Of a stretch of 64,000 nt of DNA, positions 9,842 through 19,865 are shown one piece after another. A program made the position numbers and the translations under genes. The DNA is from Leptolyngbyaceae cyanobacterium (GTDB lineage: Bacteria; Cyanobacteriota; Cyanobacteriia; Phormidesmidales; Phormidesmidaceae), in NCBI GenBank assembly GCA_965263355.1, contig CBDHHL010000056.1:1216001-1280000 (forward strand), in the 5' to 3' direction. A model generated the notes under the pieces. It was given only the letters and a program-made list of their open reading frames with translations. It had not been told where the DNA came from and ran no database searches. The number at the start of each line of letters is the position of its first letter. Within the stretch, counting starts at the first letter, position 1.

Positions 9842-9953
9842 TAAGGAGCTGTTAAGAAACTACTTCACGGTTTAAGCCTGACAGGCTTGTTAAGCAATGA
9901 TTTAAATGAACAAGGCCATGATTTTAATTTTTAACAAGCCCTAAGCCCCGGAC

Positions 9954-10406
9954 CTAGGATGCTTTAATCAGGACACTCTCTCCCTCAATCATGGCTTCAT
10001 AGGAGTCGAGGGGCCTGACGGCGGGACCCACCGTTGCGGTGCCGTCAGTGCCAAATTTTGAGCCATGACAGGCACAGGAGAATTCCTCTCCCTGCCAGTC
10101 AACGGTGCAGCCCTGGTGGGTGCATTTGGAGTTGAGGGCAATTACGCTGTCGGTATTGGCTGGATCGCGCACAACAATTACATCACCTGCAGTCAGGCCT
10201 TTTTTGGCTAAGAATCCCTTGGCATCTAAATCGGCCACGGTACCGACGGTCTCAAACCCATCTGGCACAGCGGCCACTGGAGCTGAATCTTCTGTAGCAG
10301 GCGCATCGGATACAGTGTCTTGAGAATTGCAGGCTGCGATCGCAACTGGTAAAGAACTTACCAACATACCTAAGCCGACAAAGTTAATAAACTCACGACG
10401 TTGCAT
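9954..10406 (-). CDS. Small Rieske 2Fe-2S protein, Tat-exported (PetC3-like)
   Basis: RREF Tat motif, AAC lipobox-like site, CTHQGC and CACHGS boxes. Confidence 0.9.
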   Translation of the reverse strand: MQRREFINFVGLGMLVSSLPVAIAACNSQDTVSDAPATEDSAPVAAVPDGFETVGTVADLDAKGFLAKKGLTAGDVIVVRDPANTDSVIALNSKCTHQGCTVDWQGEEFSCACHGSKFGTDGTATVGPAVRPLDSYEAMIEGESVLIKAS

Positions 10407-10557
10407 AGTCTTTCTTTCTCCTCTCTAGTTGTTATTGACCGTGTTGGCCAATTGAACTTTAATGCGATTGCTGATTTAGGGGATGAATCGGTCTGGAGCC
10501 ATTACTATTTGACGGTATCTCACAACTCCAGTCATCCCAAGGATCAGCAATGCCACG

Positions 10558-11670
10558 TTAACTACTACCCATAGCCTTAAGCCACTGGTTTTTGGTTTGA
10601 TCCAGCTGGGCTGGATTTAGGGGTAACAGCCCCACCTCGGTCATTACATTGGTCATTTCTGTCAGATAAAAGTTCACCACCGCTTTAGTCGGTGTAACTG
10701 ATGTGAGCCGTTTTTGATCCACATATAGAAACAGGGACTGCACCAACGGATAGGCGTTACTTCCTACTGTTTCTGAACTGGCGCTGATTCCGCTGATGGG
10801 TATGGCCTTAAAGGTTTGGGTAAAGCGTTCATGGATGGACCCATTAATAAAGGTCACACTATTGGTCCGGCTGCCAAGGCTTTGCACCATCGGTTCTGGA
10901 TAGTCATAAAATATGGTGCCAGCATTAAGCAATGCAGCTCCATTATCTGGAAACAGTTTTTGGGTTAACAACGCCACCGTAGACGAATTGGGGCCAATCA
11001 TGGCTCGTTCAATTGGGGCATTGGGCCAACTTGGATCCACCTCTGACCAGGTTTTAGCCGTGAGAATGGCTTTTAATTTTTCTAGGGTGACCCCGCGCAC
11101 AAAGTCATTTTGTTTGTTAACCACCAGCAGTAACGGATCTTTGCCAATGCTCATCTCTAAGGGTTGCAGCCCTTTTTCCTGGCAGGTCTTGACTTCGGCT
11201 GGCGTCATCGCCCGATTTACGGTGAGGAACGCCACGGTAGGATCCTGGCAAAATTGTTGAATGGCAGAACCCGCTTTTAGGGCATTGATATCTAGCACAC
11301 CACTGTAGCCTGCCTGAATCAAATGCTGATACATCTGTTCATTAAAGACCTGCATCGTTGGGGCGGTGACCATGGTTAAATTACCCTGGATGGCTAAGGG
11401 GGCATCCGCGGGTAACGTCACAGCTCCCTTAGTCATGGTCGAACTTTGCTGGAGACGACTGGCCGTCAGGCTTTCTAGGTTTGGATCAATCAGGGGCTCT
11501 ATCTCATTGACCGCTTGTCTGAATTGAGCGTAGGGATTGTTGGGATTGTCTTCAGACTGGGAGGCGGCAAGCTGCCCACAGCCAGTCACTAAACTAACCA
11601 ATAAAAGCGGACTAAGGTACTGCCAGCAAGATTTGAATAGGTTAGGCAAAACAAGATATGGCATGGGCAA
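10558..11670 (-). CDS. PstS-family periplasmic substrate-binding lipoprotein (divergent)
   Basis: VTGC lipobox; QFC, LLVVNKQNDF, TWSEVDPSWP, YPLVQSLFLYV motifs of PstS-like proteins. Confidence 0.8.
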   Translation of the reverse strand: MPMPYLVLPNLFKSCWQYLSPLLLVSLVTGCGQLAASQSEDNPNNPYAQFRQAVNEIEPLIDPNLESLTASRLQQSSTMTKGAVTLPADAPLAIQGNLTMVTAPTMQVFNEQMYQHLIQAGYSGVLDINALKAGSAIQQFCQDPTVAFLTVNRAMTPAEVKTCQEKGLQPLEMSIGKDPLLLVVNKQNDFVRGVTLEKLKAILTAKTWSEVDPSWPNAPIERAMIGPNSSTVALLTQKLFPDNGAALLNAGTIFYDYPEPMVQSLGSRTNSVTFINGSIHERFTQTFKAIPISGISASSETVGSNAYPLVQSLFLYVDQKRLTSVTPTKAVVNFYLTEMTNVMTEVGLLPLNPAQLDQTKNQWLKAMGSS

Positions 11671-12792
11671 CTAGTCCTGGTGGGCAACAGCCGACTGGGA
11701 TGTTGGCTCTTGGCGATCGGTTTTTACCTGCAAAATACCTTTAGCCAGCCGTCCCAAACTGTTTTCCTGGGTGGTATAAGCCACTAACTCTGATACCGCT
11801 TTAGGGGCTTCCGGATCAGACTTAGGGTTGAGAATATGGCTCAAGGCTGTTGCCATGATTTCAACCTGGCTGTAGCTTTGGCTCAGGGTCACCTGGGTCT
11901 GGCGCTGCCGATACTGCAGCCACAGCAGCCCCCCCAACAGTAGCAACAGAAACCAGCCATAGGTGAGGAAGCGGTAGATGCGAGTGTTGGCGAGGGCCAG
12001 TTGGTAACTGGATTCAAACTTACCAGCAATGGGCTCTGTGGATGGATCGAGGGGTTGCAGCAATTGTGTGGTGGTTTCTTCAATCAGGGGCTTGGCATTA
12101 AAAATGACGTTGGCATGGGATTGCACCAGTTGAAGGGGCAGCTCTGTTTCTGGAATTTCCAGGGTGTTTTGTAGTTGACTGAGGGTCCTCAGCTGGTTTT
12201 GCAGCTTGGTGGATAGGGTTTCGTCGGTGGTGGCAGTAAACAACAACAGGTTGCGAATTAGCTGATTGAGGGTGTTGTCTAAGGTGGCTAATTTACCAGC
12301 ATCCAGGGTTTCGGTTGGCTTCAGGGTACTGAGTTTTGCATCGATCTGATCGGTTAGGAAGGGAAGATAGCGCAGCGAGTTTTTCAATAGGGCATTTCGA
12401 CCTTTGAACACCTCACTTAGGTTTTCTTTTTGGTCCAGGGATGCCTGACGGCTTTCGAGAAAACTGCGAATTTCTTGTTGAGCGCTAGCGGTAACAAAAC
12501 CAGGAATGGTTTCTAGGGAGGCCAATACCTCTCCCTGATCCTCCAGGTTATTTACGATGGGATCATAATAGGCAAAAAGCTCATAGCGGGCCCGTAGAAC
12601 TTCTTGGGAGAAGTTGGCCTCTAGCTCACTGAGGCGTATGACCTCGTCCCGGTATTGCTGATACTGTTGAAAGGAAACCGGCAGGCCTCTATAAACGAGC
12701 AATGCGGAAATCAGGAGAATCAAGATTACAATCACAATCCCCAGTGCCCGCAACTGATACCGCAGTTTCTTAGAAAGACGAGACTCAACCAT
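11671..12792 (-). CDS. DAHL (double all-helical ligand-binding) membrane sensor without output domain
   Basis: TM, VLRARY..YDPI and FKGRNALLKNSLRYLP DAHL-like motifs, second TM, short tail; adjacent to cytochrome c peroxidase. Confidence 0.75.
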   Translation of the reverse strand: MVESRLSKKLRYQLRALGIVIVILILLISALLVYRGLPVSFQQYQQYRDEVIRLSELEANFSQEVLRARYELFAYYDPIVNNLEDQGEVLASLETIPGFVTASAQQEIRSFLESRQASLDQKENLSEVFKGRNALLKNSLRYLPFLTDQIDAKLSTLKPTETLDAGKLATLDNTLNQLIRNLLLFTATTDETLSTKLQNQLRTLSQLQNTLEIPETELPLQLVQSHANVIFNAKPLIEETTTQLLQPLDPSTEPIAGKFESSYQLALANTRIYRFLTYGWFLLLLLGGLLWLQYRQRQTQVTLSQSYSQVEIMATALSHILNPKSDPEAPKAVSELVAYTTQENSLGRLAKGILQVKTDRQEPTSQSAVAHQD

Positions 12793-12800
12793 AATCAGTG

Positions 12801-13862
12801 TTACTCCTGAATTTCACCCGTCAAGGACTGTAAAAACTGCATGATCAAGTCCACATCCTGTTGTGGAATATCCACCCCCAGCTGATACTTACCCATGAGC
12901 TTGATGGCCTGATCCAGGGTTTTGGGATTGCCATCGTGAAAATAGGGGGAGGTGAGGGTAATGTTACGCAGAGTTGGCACCTTGAACACATGCAAATCCA
13001 GGTCATTTTTGGTGACGTTATAGCGCCCCAGATCCTGTTTGGTGACAGGCGTTCCTCGGTCAGCAAAATAATCTCCAAAGATACCCAGGGTTTGGAACAT
13101 GTTGCCCCCCACCAGCATGCCCTGGTGGCAGCTGACACAGCCGTATTCTTTAAAGCGTTCGTAGCCCTGCTTGGCTTCATCTGAAATGGCATCCTTTTGC
13201 CCCCGCAGGTACTGGTCAAAGGGGGCATTGGGGGTGTAAAGGGAGCGCTGGAATGTTGCGATCGCATCACGAATATTTTCCGCCGTCAGTCCACCGTCAT
13301 AGGCCTGAGCAAAGCCGCTGCGATACATGTCTTCCTTACCAATCTTACGTACCACCTCCTGCCAGGTCATCCCCCCCATTTCTCCCACCTTTTCAATGGG
13401 GCCTTTGGCTTGCTCTTCCAGGCTTTTGGCACTCCCATCCCAGTTGAGTCGGTGCATAAAGCCGGTATTAAACACTGTTGGCGAATTCAGCCCTGTATTC
13501 CCCCCAGCCATGCCAATGGAAATAGCTTTCCGGTCAGTGCCTCCCTTATCCAATACATGGCAGGTGGCACAGGAAACCGTATTGTCAGCCGACATGCGAG
13601 GATCGTGAAATAGCAGATCGCCAAGCTGCACCCGAGCTGGATTGGGCTCCTCTTCCAAGGTTAACGGAATCGGCTGAATCGGCTCTGCCAACAGCACAGG
13701 TTCAGACGCCAATGCTGCTCCGGGAGTCTCCGCCGCTGGCTGCTGTTGCCAAAACCGGGTAACTCCCAGGGCCGTTAATACCGCCAAACAAAACAAAACA
13801 ACTAGCGCCGCTATCTTTCTAAATCGATTTGACTTCAGTTGAGAGACTATTCGAGAAATCAT
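12801..13862 (-). CDS. Di-heme cytochrome c peroxidase / MauG family
   Basis: Two CxxCH motifs (CATCH, CVSCH), NSPTVFN, WDG, FKVPTLRN, PYFHDG. Confidence 0.93.
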   Translation of the reverse strand: MISRIVSQLKSNRFRKIAALVVLFCLAVLTALGVTRFWQQQPAAETPGAALASEPVLLAEPIQPIPLTLEEEPNPARVQLGDLLFHDPRMSADNTVSCATCHVLDKGGTDRKAISIGMAGGNTGLNSPTVFNTGFMHRLNWDGSAKSLEEQAKGPIEKVGEMGGMTWQEVVRKIGKEDMYRSGFAQAYDGGLTAENIRDAIATFQRSLYTPNAPFDQYLRGQKDAISDEAKQGYERFKEYGCVSCHQGMLVGGNMFQTLGIFGDYFADRGTPVTKQDLGRYNVTKNDLDLHVFKVPTLRNITLTSPYFHDGNPKTLDQAIKLMGKYQLGVDIPQQDVDLIMQFLQSLTGEIQE

Positions 13863-13905
13863 TGGGAAAACGCTTGACTGAGTGCCTACAAGTTGACTCT
13901 AAATG

Positions 13906-16011
13906 CTAAACAGAACTGCCCACCGGGGCTTTATCGGTGACTAAATGCCATGTAGGCAACGTCTCCATAGCTTCGGTTGCAATCGAACCATGGGACGACA
14001 ACTGATGATGATCTTTTAAGCGTTCATAAATTGGCTGAGTAACAACAATCTGATTTGGCTGTGCTTGATCAGGTAGCTTCGTAGCCAACTGAATTGTATC
14101 CCCCCAAAGCTTGTAAACAAAGGGATCAGTCCCTATAACACCTGCCATAAAGGCCCCTGAATGCAGACCCATTTGAAGACTTAAAGAGACCTGATACCGA
14201 TCATTCGTCCTCTGCACGATCTCTAGCAGATTCTGAGCTACCCGCAACCCCCGCTCCTGATGGTCAAAATGAACATCTGACAGTCCACATATCGCCAGGT
14301 AAGTGCCATCGGTTGTACCTTGGGGCTCTAGCCCGGATTGTTTGGCCACCTGGTCAAACTCACTCACCAGAGCATTCAATGCAACGGCGATTGATTCTGA
14401 TGAGGATGTTAGTCCTAAAATCTTAGCTGACAGCACCGTTGCCTGTTGCACCATATCCACAATTGGCTCGTCCCCCTGCCGAAATCTGGAAACAACCGCT
14501 GCGGGTAAAATATTCTTCAACAAGCTGTCATTTTCCAAACGTTTCTGTTCTATCAGTCCTCCCTGATTTTCCAGAGTGTGGGCCAGCTCCTTAAAAGATT
14601 TTCCCAGTTGACTAAACTCGTCATCTCCCCCAATTGGAATATCGCCCACGGGTTTCCCTGCCTGTATCTTCTTACTCGCTTCGATCAGACGGCTAACAGG
14701 ACTGGCAAATGCCTGGGCGATAAACCCTGATAACAAAGCCACTGCCAGAACAATGATCACACCTGCTGTAGACATGTAAATCTGCATCATTGTAACCGGT
14801 CCCAAGGCCTCGGCCTTATCCATTTCCGCTAAAATAGCCCAGCGCAGTCCCTCTAGCTTCAATGGTGCATAGGCACTCAATACCTGTTTGCCCTGATAGT
14901 CCGGGATGATTTCCGTATCTGCTTCGCCCAACATGGCATTCTTGGTTGCGATCGTATCCACAGGCTGTAGCAAGACCGATGTGTTGAGGTTGTATACCAG
15001 GTCTACAGTCTCAGAAGAAAGGCCCACTTTCCTCAGGTTTTCTCGATAGGTATCCGCATCCTCCAGAAGCTCCCGCGATACTGACCGCATTAGAGTATCT
15101 TCGCCCACCACATAGACCTGGCCAGTCTCACCTAACCCTTCATCCTCCCAGGCCTGGGTGCCCACCAGGATGTCATTAATCCGGTCAGGAGGGAGCTGCA
15201 GCGCCACAATACCCACAATGTGAGGGCCGTTAAAAATAGGTGTGCCAAGGAAGGCTACTGGAGCCGCTTTCCTTGGTACATAGGGTTCAAAGTCTACCAC
15301 CTGAACAAAACCACGACCTGGATTGTTACGCACTGCCTCGACCACTTCAGCTAGACCGCTGCGTCGGTAGGGACCCCGGTCTAGACTTGTGGCATAGTCG
15401 GGATGTTTGCTAACGGAATAGACAATCTCACCACTGTCAAAGTTGATCAAATAGAGATCATCATAGCCGTATTTATCGATCAAATTTTGAAAAAAGGGAT
15501 GATAGGTATTGTGATGTTGCGCATAAGCACTATCACCTGTAGCACTGGTTGAGCTGTCCCCTTCATTTGCCCCGGCAAGAACATAGCTGTACTGCAAGTA
15601 CTGCCCTGCTTGAGTCAGAGGTCGATAGTTAGCAAGAATCTGCGGCCCATCCACGTTTTCGGCCAGGGCAGGCAGAAAGTCACGGGCATAGTAAGTCTCA
15701 ATACCCTCTATCCACTCATTGGGGATCACTTCATTTTGCAGCCCCCGATAGGCCGCATTAAATTCCACCATGGCCGACACCACAGTGCGATCCTCGCCCA
15801 AAACTTCTAGCTGATCCCGGAGTCTTTTTATATAGGCTTCTACCTGAGTGCCCTTCGACGCTCGGACACTGGTGAGATGATCAAAGACTTGAGCCTCAAA
15901 TTCTTGACGAAATCGTAGCCAGCTGAGAGTCCCACCAATCAGCAACGAACCCAGGCTAACCCCCACCAAAAGGGCTATCAGCTTAGACTTAACACGCAGC
16001 CTATTTAACAT
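13906..16011 (-). CDS. Cache/HAMP adenylate-guanylate cyclase-like protein with degenerate catalytic domain
   Basis: TM-Cache-TM-HAMP, LLKNILP, GLHSG, WGDT; catalytic Asp/Asn/Arg positions substituted. Confidence 0.85.
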   Translation of the reverse strand: MLNRLRVKSKLIALLVGVSLGSLLIGGTLSWLRFRQEFEAQVFDHLTSVRASKGTQVEAYIKRLRDQLEVLGEDRTVVSAMVEFNAAYRGLQNEVIPNEWIEGIETYYARDFLPALAENVDGPQILANYRPLTQAGQYLQYSYVLAGANEGDSSTSATGDSAYAQHHNTYHPFFQNLIDKYGYDDLYLINFDSGEIVYSVSKHPDYATSLDRGPYRRSGLAEVVEAVRNNPGRGFVQVVDFEPYVPRKAAPVAFLGTPIFNGPHIVGIVALQLPPDRINDILVGTQAWEDEGLGETGQVYVVGEDTLMRSVSRELLEDADTYRENLRKVGLSSETVDLVYNLNTSVLLQPVDTIATKNAMLGEADTEIIPDYQGKQVLSAYAPLKLEGLRWAILAEMDKAEALGPVTMMQIYMSTAGVIIVLAVALLSGFIAQAFASPVSRLIEASKKIQAGKPVGDIPIGGDDEFSQLGKSFKELAHTLENQGGLIEQKRLENDSLLKNILPAAVVSRFRQGDEPIVDMVQQATVLSAKILGLTSSSESIAVALNALVSEFDQVAKQSGLEPQGTTDGTYLAICGLSDVHFDHQERGLRVAQNLLEIVQRTNDRYQVSLSLQMGLHSGAFMAGVIGTDPFVYKLWGDTIQLATKLPDQAQPNQIVVTQPIYERLKDHHQLSSHGSIATEAMETLPTWHLVTDKAPVGSSV

Positions 16012-16575
16012 TCTGTATTACTTTCCGTTAACCATTCACGTTTCCCTAATGGCGTTAGATAGAAACGTTACCCAGCAGCATTGGTCCCTAAGTTATGACC
16101 AATAAAAAGTTACTACGATCTCTGAATAAGCTGCAAGCAAGCCCACACTTAACTCACTCGGCACAAGGAAAATTGCAATTTTTGTTTACACTTCTGTCTA
16201 CGATTCTCGTTTACAGAGAGTTCATGCAGCCTAGACAATTTAGTAAGATAAGTAAGAAAGGTGTTCAAATTCAGTATTCACTAATTTTCTTGAGGCTGCC
16301 TTGTATTTCAAGATACTGACAAAAGAGTTTAAGTATGAGCTATAAAGTGAACCCTGGAAATAGTTATCTAGAAAACATAGGCATTGCTTTTCACGCAGAT
16401 TGTTTGTATTCACTAGTCGTTGACAAGCTATAATGTGATTCTCCTTACTAAAGGCTGTTGTAATTAGCGCTAACAGAAAAATCAAGATTAAATATCTTAA
16501 CTAAGCGCTTAAGTGGCTTGAAAACCTGGCTTAGTGAGATTGCACACACTTCTTACCTTGTTGCCATGAAATAGT

Positions 16576-18240
16576 GCTACCTGTGCAATTCAAATAGCTT
16601 AAGGCTAAAACTACTGCCGTGCTTAAGATAGAGTTCTATTCAGTCGATTTTTGGAAGTCGATCATCTATCCTAGAGGCCATCAGAAGAGATGGGGTTGAG
16701 GCCATGGGGAACTACAAGATCAAGGTCAATATTGAAATCGTAGAAAGCGATGAGGCCATCAGTTCTGGACCCGAAGAAATTGAGACCGGTGTGTTTGAGT
16801 TTAATATTAGCCCAGAGGCCGCTACCAGCATTGATGCGTGTGAACAAGCCTTGTTAAGTACGAATTATCCAGCATTACGCTCAGCATTGGCTCATCACCT
16901 TGAAACACTCTCTCAAAAAAACGGAAACGGCATCAACCGCAGGGATTTGGGAAATAACAAAGAGCCCATATCGGGTGGATGGGGAAATCGGTCGGTTTGA
17001 GTTTATGTCGTATACAGCGGTTGCATCCCCTGAGAATCAACCATCGAACCGAGTTAACACGCTATATGGGGCCCTACCCGGCAAAAGCTGGTATCGCACG
17101 GTGGGCTTTAAGGAGATTGCCTACACCCATGGGAGTGCGGTTGGATCGTACCGTAAAACGAGTGCGTGGCTCAATCGGATACGTCATCAAGAGACCGGGG
17201 GAACCCCGTCGAGAACGATGCAAGACAGTAGCGAGAGAGAAGGCACCCGTGTGCTCAATTACTTGACTCAGACCAGTGCCGCCATCCTGAAAACCCATGG
17301 TGTCATCGACACCACACTGCCTGCGGCTGTAGTCGTCTCTGCGAATGAGCGTGCGCCTGTCCATCTGGCTCCAGAAGCCGTATCCGCTGTCATCGAGCAG
17401 TGTGGCAAAACCGAGTGATTCGCCAACAGATGAAAGCCAATCCCATCCCGTATGAAGACCCTCACCATAGTCTCAACATTTCGATTGATGATGTCGGGGT
17501 GAAACGTCAGAGTGACCAGCGCCCCGCCAGTGTTCCAGAGACAGCCACCTCACGCAAGTATGCCTATCAAACAGTAGTCCATATCGAAAATCAACTCGGT
17601 AACTATCGATTGAATGCCTTTGGCTTGAAGGCAATGTTAACAATACTGTTGGCCTTTTTACTCCACAATGACCTTCTTCAAGGCCCTATCGTATTCTTTG
17701 CCGATGGTCAGCGCAGCTTGCATGGAGCGATTCTGACCACCTTTGCTGAGGTGTCAGCACTACAGTTGATCTTGGACTGGTACCATCTGCATGAGAAATG
17801 TAAACAACTTCTCAGTCTCGCCTGTCAGGGTAGACACCTGCGAAATACACACTTGACTCACCTAGCGGCCCTGCTCTGGCATGGATTAGTCGATGCGGCT
17901 CTGGTTTATCTTACATTCATCGATCCAGACCATCTCAAAAATATGGCTGCTATCGATAAACTCCAAGGATATCTTCGTCGAAACAAACCTCACATTCCTT
18001 GTTATTGTGTACGTAAACAGCTGGGATTGAGGAATTCCAGCAACCGAGGAGAAAAGGCGAATGATATATTAGTCTCCTCACGACAAAAGCATAATGGTAT
18101 GAGTTGGTCTAAAGCGGGTTCGGTCGCCTTAGCCGCACTCACTACCTTGGTTTCGAATCAAGAAGCTACCCAATGGTTCAGCACCGGACAGCTTAATTTC
18201 AAATTGCTTCCTCATCCCGTAAAGTAATTGCACAGGTAGC
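16576..18240 (+). mobile_element. IS element, ISKra4 family (IS256 clade, ISMich2-like)
   Basis: 15-bp TIR GCTACCTGTGCAATT / AATTGCACAGGTAGC; 6-bp target duplication AATAGT (16570-16575, 18241-18246). Confidence 0.88.
16704..18227 (+). pseudogene. Transposase split over three frames (16704-17000, 16900-17418, 17400-18227)
   Basis: SIDDV, FADG, DWYH and SNRGEKAN..RQKHNGMSWS motifs; A7 slippery run at 16915-16921; second frameshift near 17410. Confidence 0.75.
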
Positions 18241-18307
18241 AATAGTGTGATATAGGTAACTATAGGCATATCAGTGAGCCGCTAGAATATTTGTGTGAGA
18301 TGTTGAC

Positions 18308-19861
18308 ATGGATAGATCTCTTTTAGTCTGGTTGCTCTTTCTAGGTCTTGGATTTCCTCTGACCGCACTGGTTCTAAATGAGGTCGCTGAACGACTTCAG
18401 CAAAGAGAACACCCTTTAGCTGAAGCACTTCAGAAAATACGTCAGTATGTTTTGCCTCCCCTGGCGATACTCTTGTTATTAACAAAAGTACTGGAGTTAG
18501 CCAATGCCCAAGGAGCGACTCGTCTTGTTGAAACTGTTACCTACATTGCTGTTATTACAGCTGCTATTCCCCTATTAAATGCAGTTTTAACAACAGGTAA
18601 ACCCATTGCTGGACAGATAAAAGTACCCAATCTGTTTTTTCAGGTAGCCCGGGCACTGGTGATATTGGGTATTGGATATTACATTTTAGGGGGCGTTTGG
18701 CAGATTGATCTGAGTAGTTTGGCAACTGCTGCTGGTGTTAGCTCTTTAGCAATTGCCCTGGCGCTTCAGGATACCTTAAGTAATTTAGTTTCAGGTTTTT
18801 TACTATTATTTGCCAGGCCATTTCAAATCGGAGACTGGATTGAATTTAACGGTGTCGAGGGTCAGGTTTTTGCTCAAAACTGGCGCTCGGTCACCCTATG
18901 GGATAAAGGTTGGGGGCGATATATTTCAATTCCCAACGGCACATTGGCTGGAGCCACAATTAACAATTATGGACCCATGTACGAAAATGGTGTCTGGTTT
19001 AAGGTTGATATTAGCTTCTCCTATGATGATCCTCCTAATCGTGTATTAGATGCCCTTTGGAATATGCAGGTGGGGATTGAAGATCGACTCACTGAACCGT
19101 TGTTTCCGGTGGTGCATTCCTTTGGGGATTCCGGTATCAACTATATTGTTTGGTTTAGGAAGTCAGCCCGGGGGGGCAATGCTGCCGTAAAGCGAGGAAT
19201 TATTTCAGGACTCTATAATCTGGCTCAGCGAGAAGGATTCACAATCCCATATCCTATTAGCATGGAATACAAGATAGATGCTGCAAACGGGCTTCCATCA
19301 AAAATTCCTCATCAAGTGCAAGACCTTAGCCCAGAACTCGCCGATTTTCTAGGAACTCTCCCTTATTTCTCAAAACTTCAGAAATCAGAGATGGAGCGCA
19401 TTGTTAATTTAGCTAAGGTTCGAAATTACAGCAAAGGAGAACTGATTATTAAAGAAGGAGCCCCTGATGATGGCCTATATCTTGTGCGTGAAGGAAGTGT
19501 AAGCGTTTCTACCCAGGACAAAAATGGTGAATCCCAAGATTGTGGATCTTTATCGGTGGGGGAAGCTTTTGGTGAGATGGCTATTTTCCCTGAAGAGCTT
19601 AGCCCTGTAACTGTCATTGCGGCGGCAGATTCTCAGATTGTTATGATTCCGGTTGATGAAATTGTTCGCTTGATTCAAGGGGGGCCTCAGTTCCTGCATA
19701 ATTCAGGATTCTCCAAAGAGATGCTTCAGTTCATTTATGAGCGAAAGCGGGCACTTCGAAGAGCTAAAGGGATGGATGAAGATGTCATTCCCCAATCATC
19801 TAACAGTAATGGCAGCGAAAGATTCCAATACATTAGTCAAAGATCGGGACCTGAGACATAA
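18308..19861 (+). CDS. MscS mechanosensitive channel with C-terminal cNMP-binding domain
   Basis: ALALQDTLSNLVSG, PFQIGDWI, IPNG; GEAFGEMA cNMP motif. Confidence 0.92.
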   Translation: MDRSLLVWLLFLGLGFPLTALVLNEVAERLQQREHPLAEALQKIRQYVLPPLAILLLLTKVLELANAQGATRLVETVTYIAVITAAIPLLNAVLTTGKPIAGQIKVPNLFFQVARALVILGIGYYILGGVWQIDLSSLATAAGVSSLAIALALQDTLSNLVSGFLLLFARPFQIGDWIEFNGVEGQVFAQNWRSVTLWDKGWGRYISIPNGTLAGATINNYGPMYENGVWFKVDISFSYDDPPNRVLDALWNMQVGIEDRLTEPLFPVVHSFGDSGINYIVWFRKSARGGNAAVKRGIISGLYNLAQREGFTIPYPISMEYKIDAANGLPSKIPHQVQDLSPELADFLGTLPYFSKLQKSEMERIVNLAKVRNYSKGELIIKEGAPDDGLYLVREGSVSVSTQDKNGESQDCGSLSVGEAFGEMAIFPEELSPVTVIAAADSQIVMIPVDEIVRLIQGGPQFLHNSGFSKEMLQFIYERKRALRRAKGMDEDVIPQSSNSNGSERFQYISQRSGPET

Positions 19862-19865
19862 AAGG

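Noticed and set aside
16095..16485. Short ORFs in the cyclase promoter region
   Set aside because: AT-rich intergenic DNA with overlapping opposite-strand ORFs and no motifs
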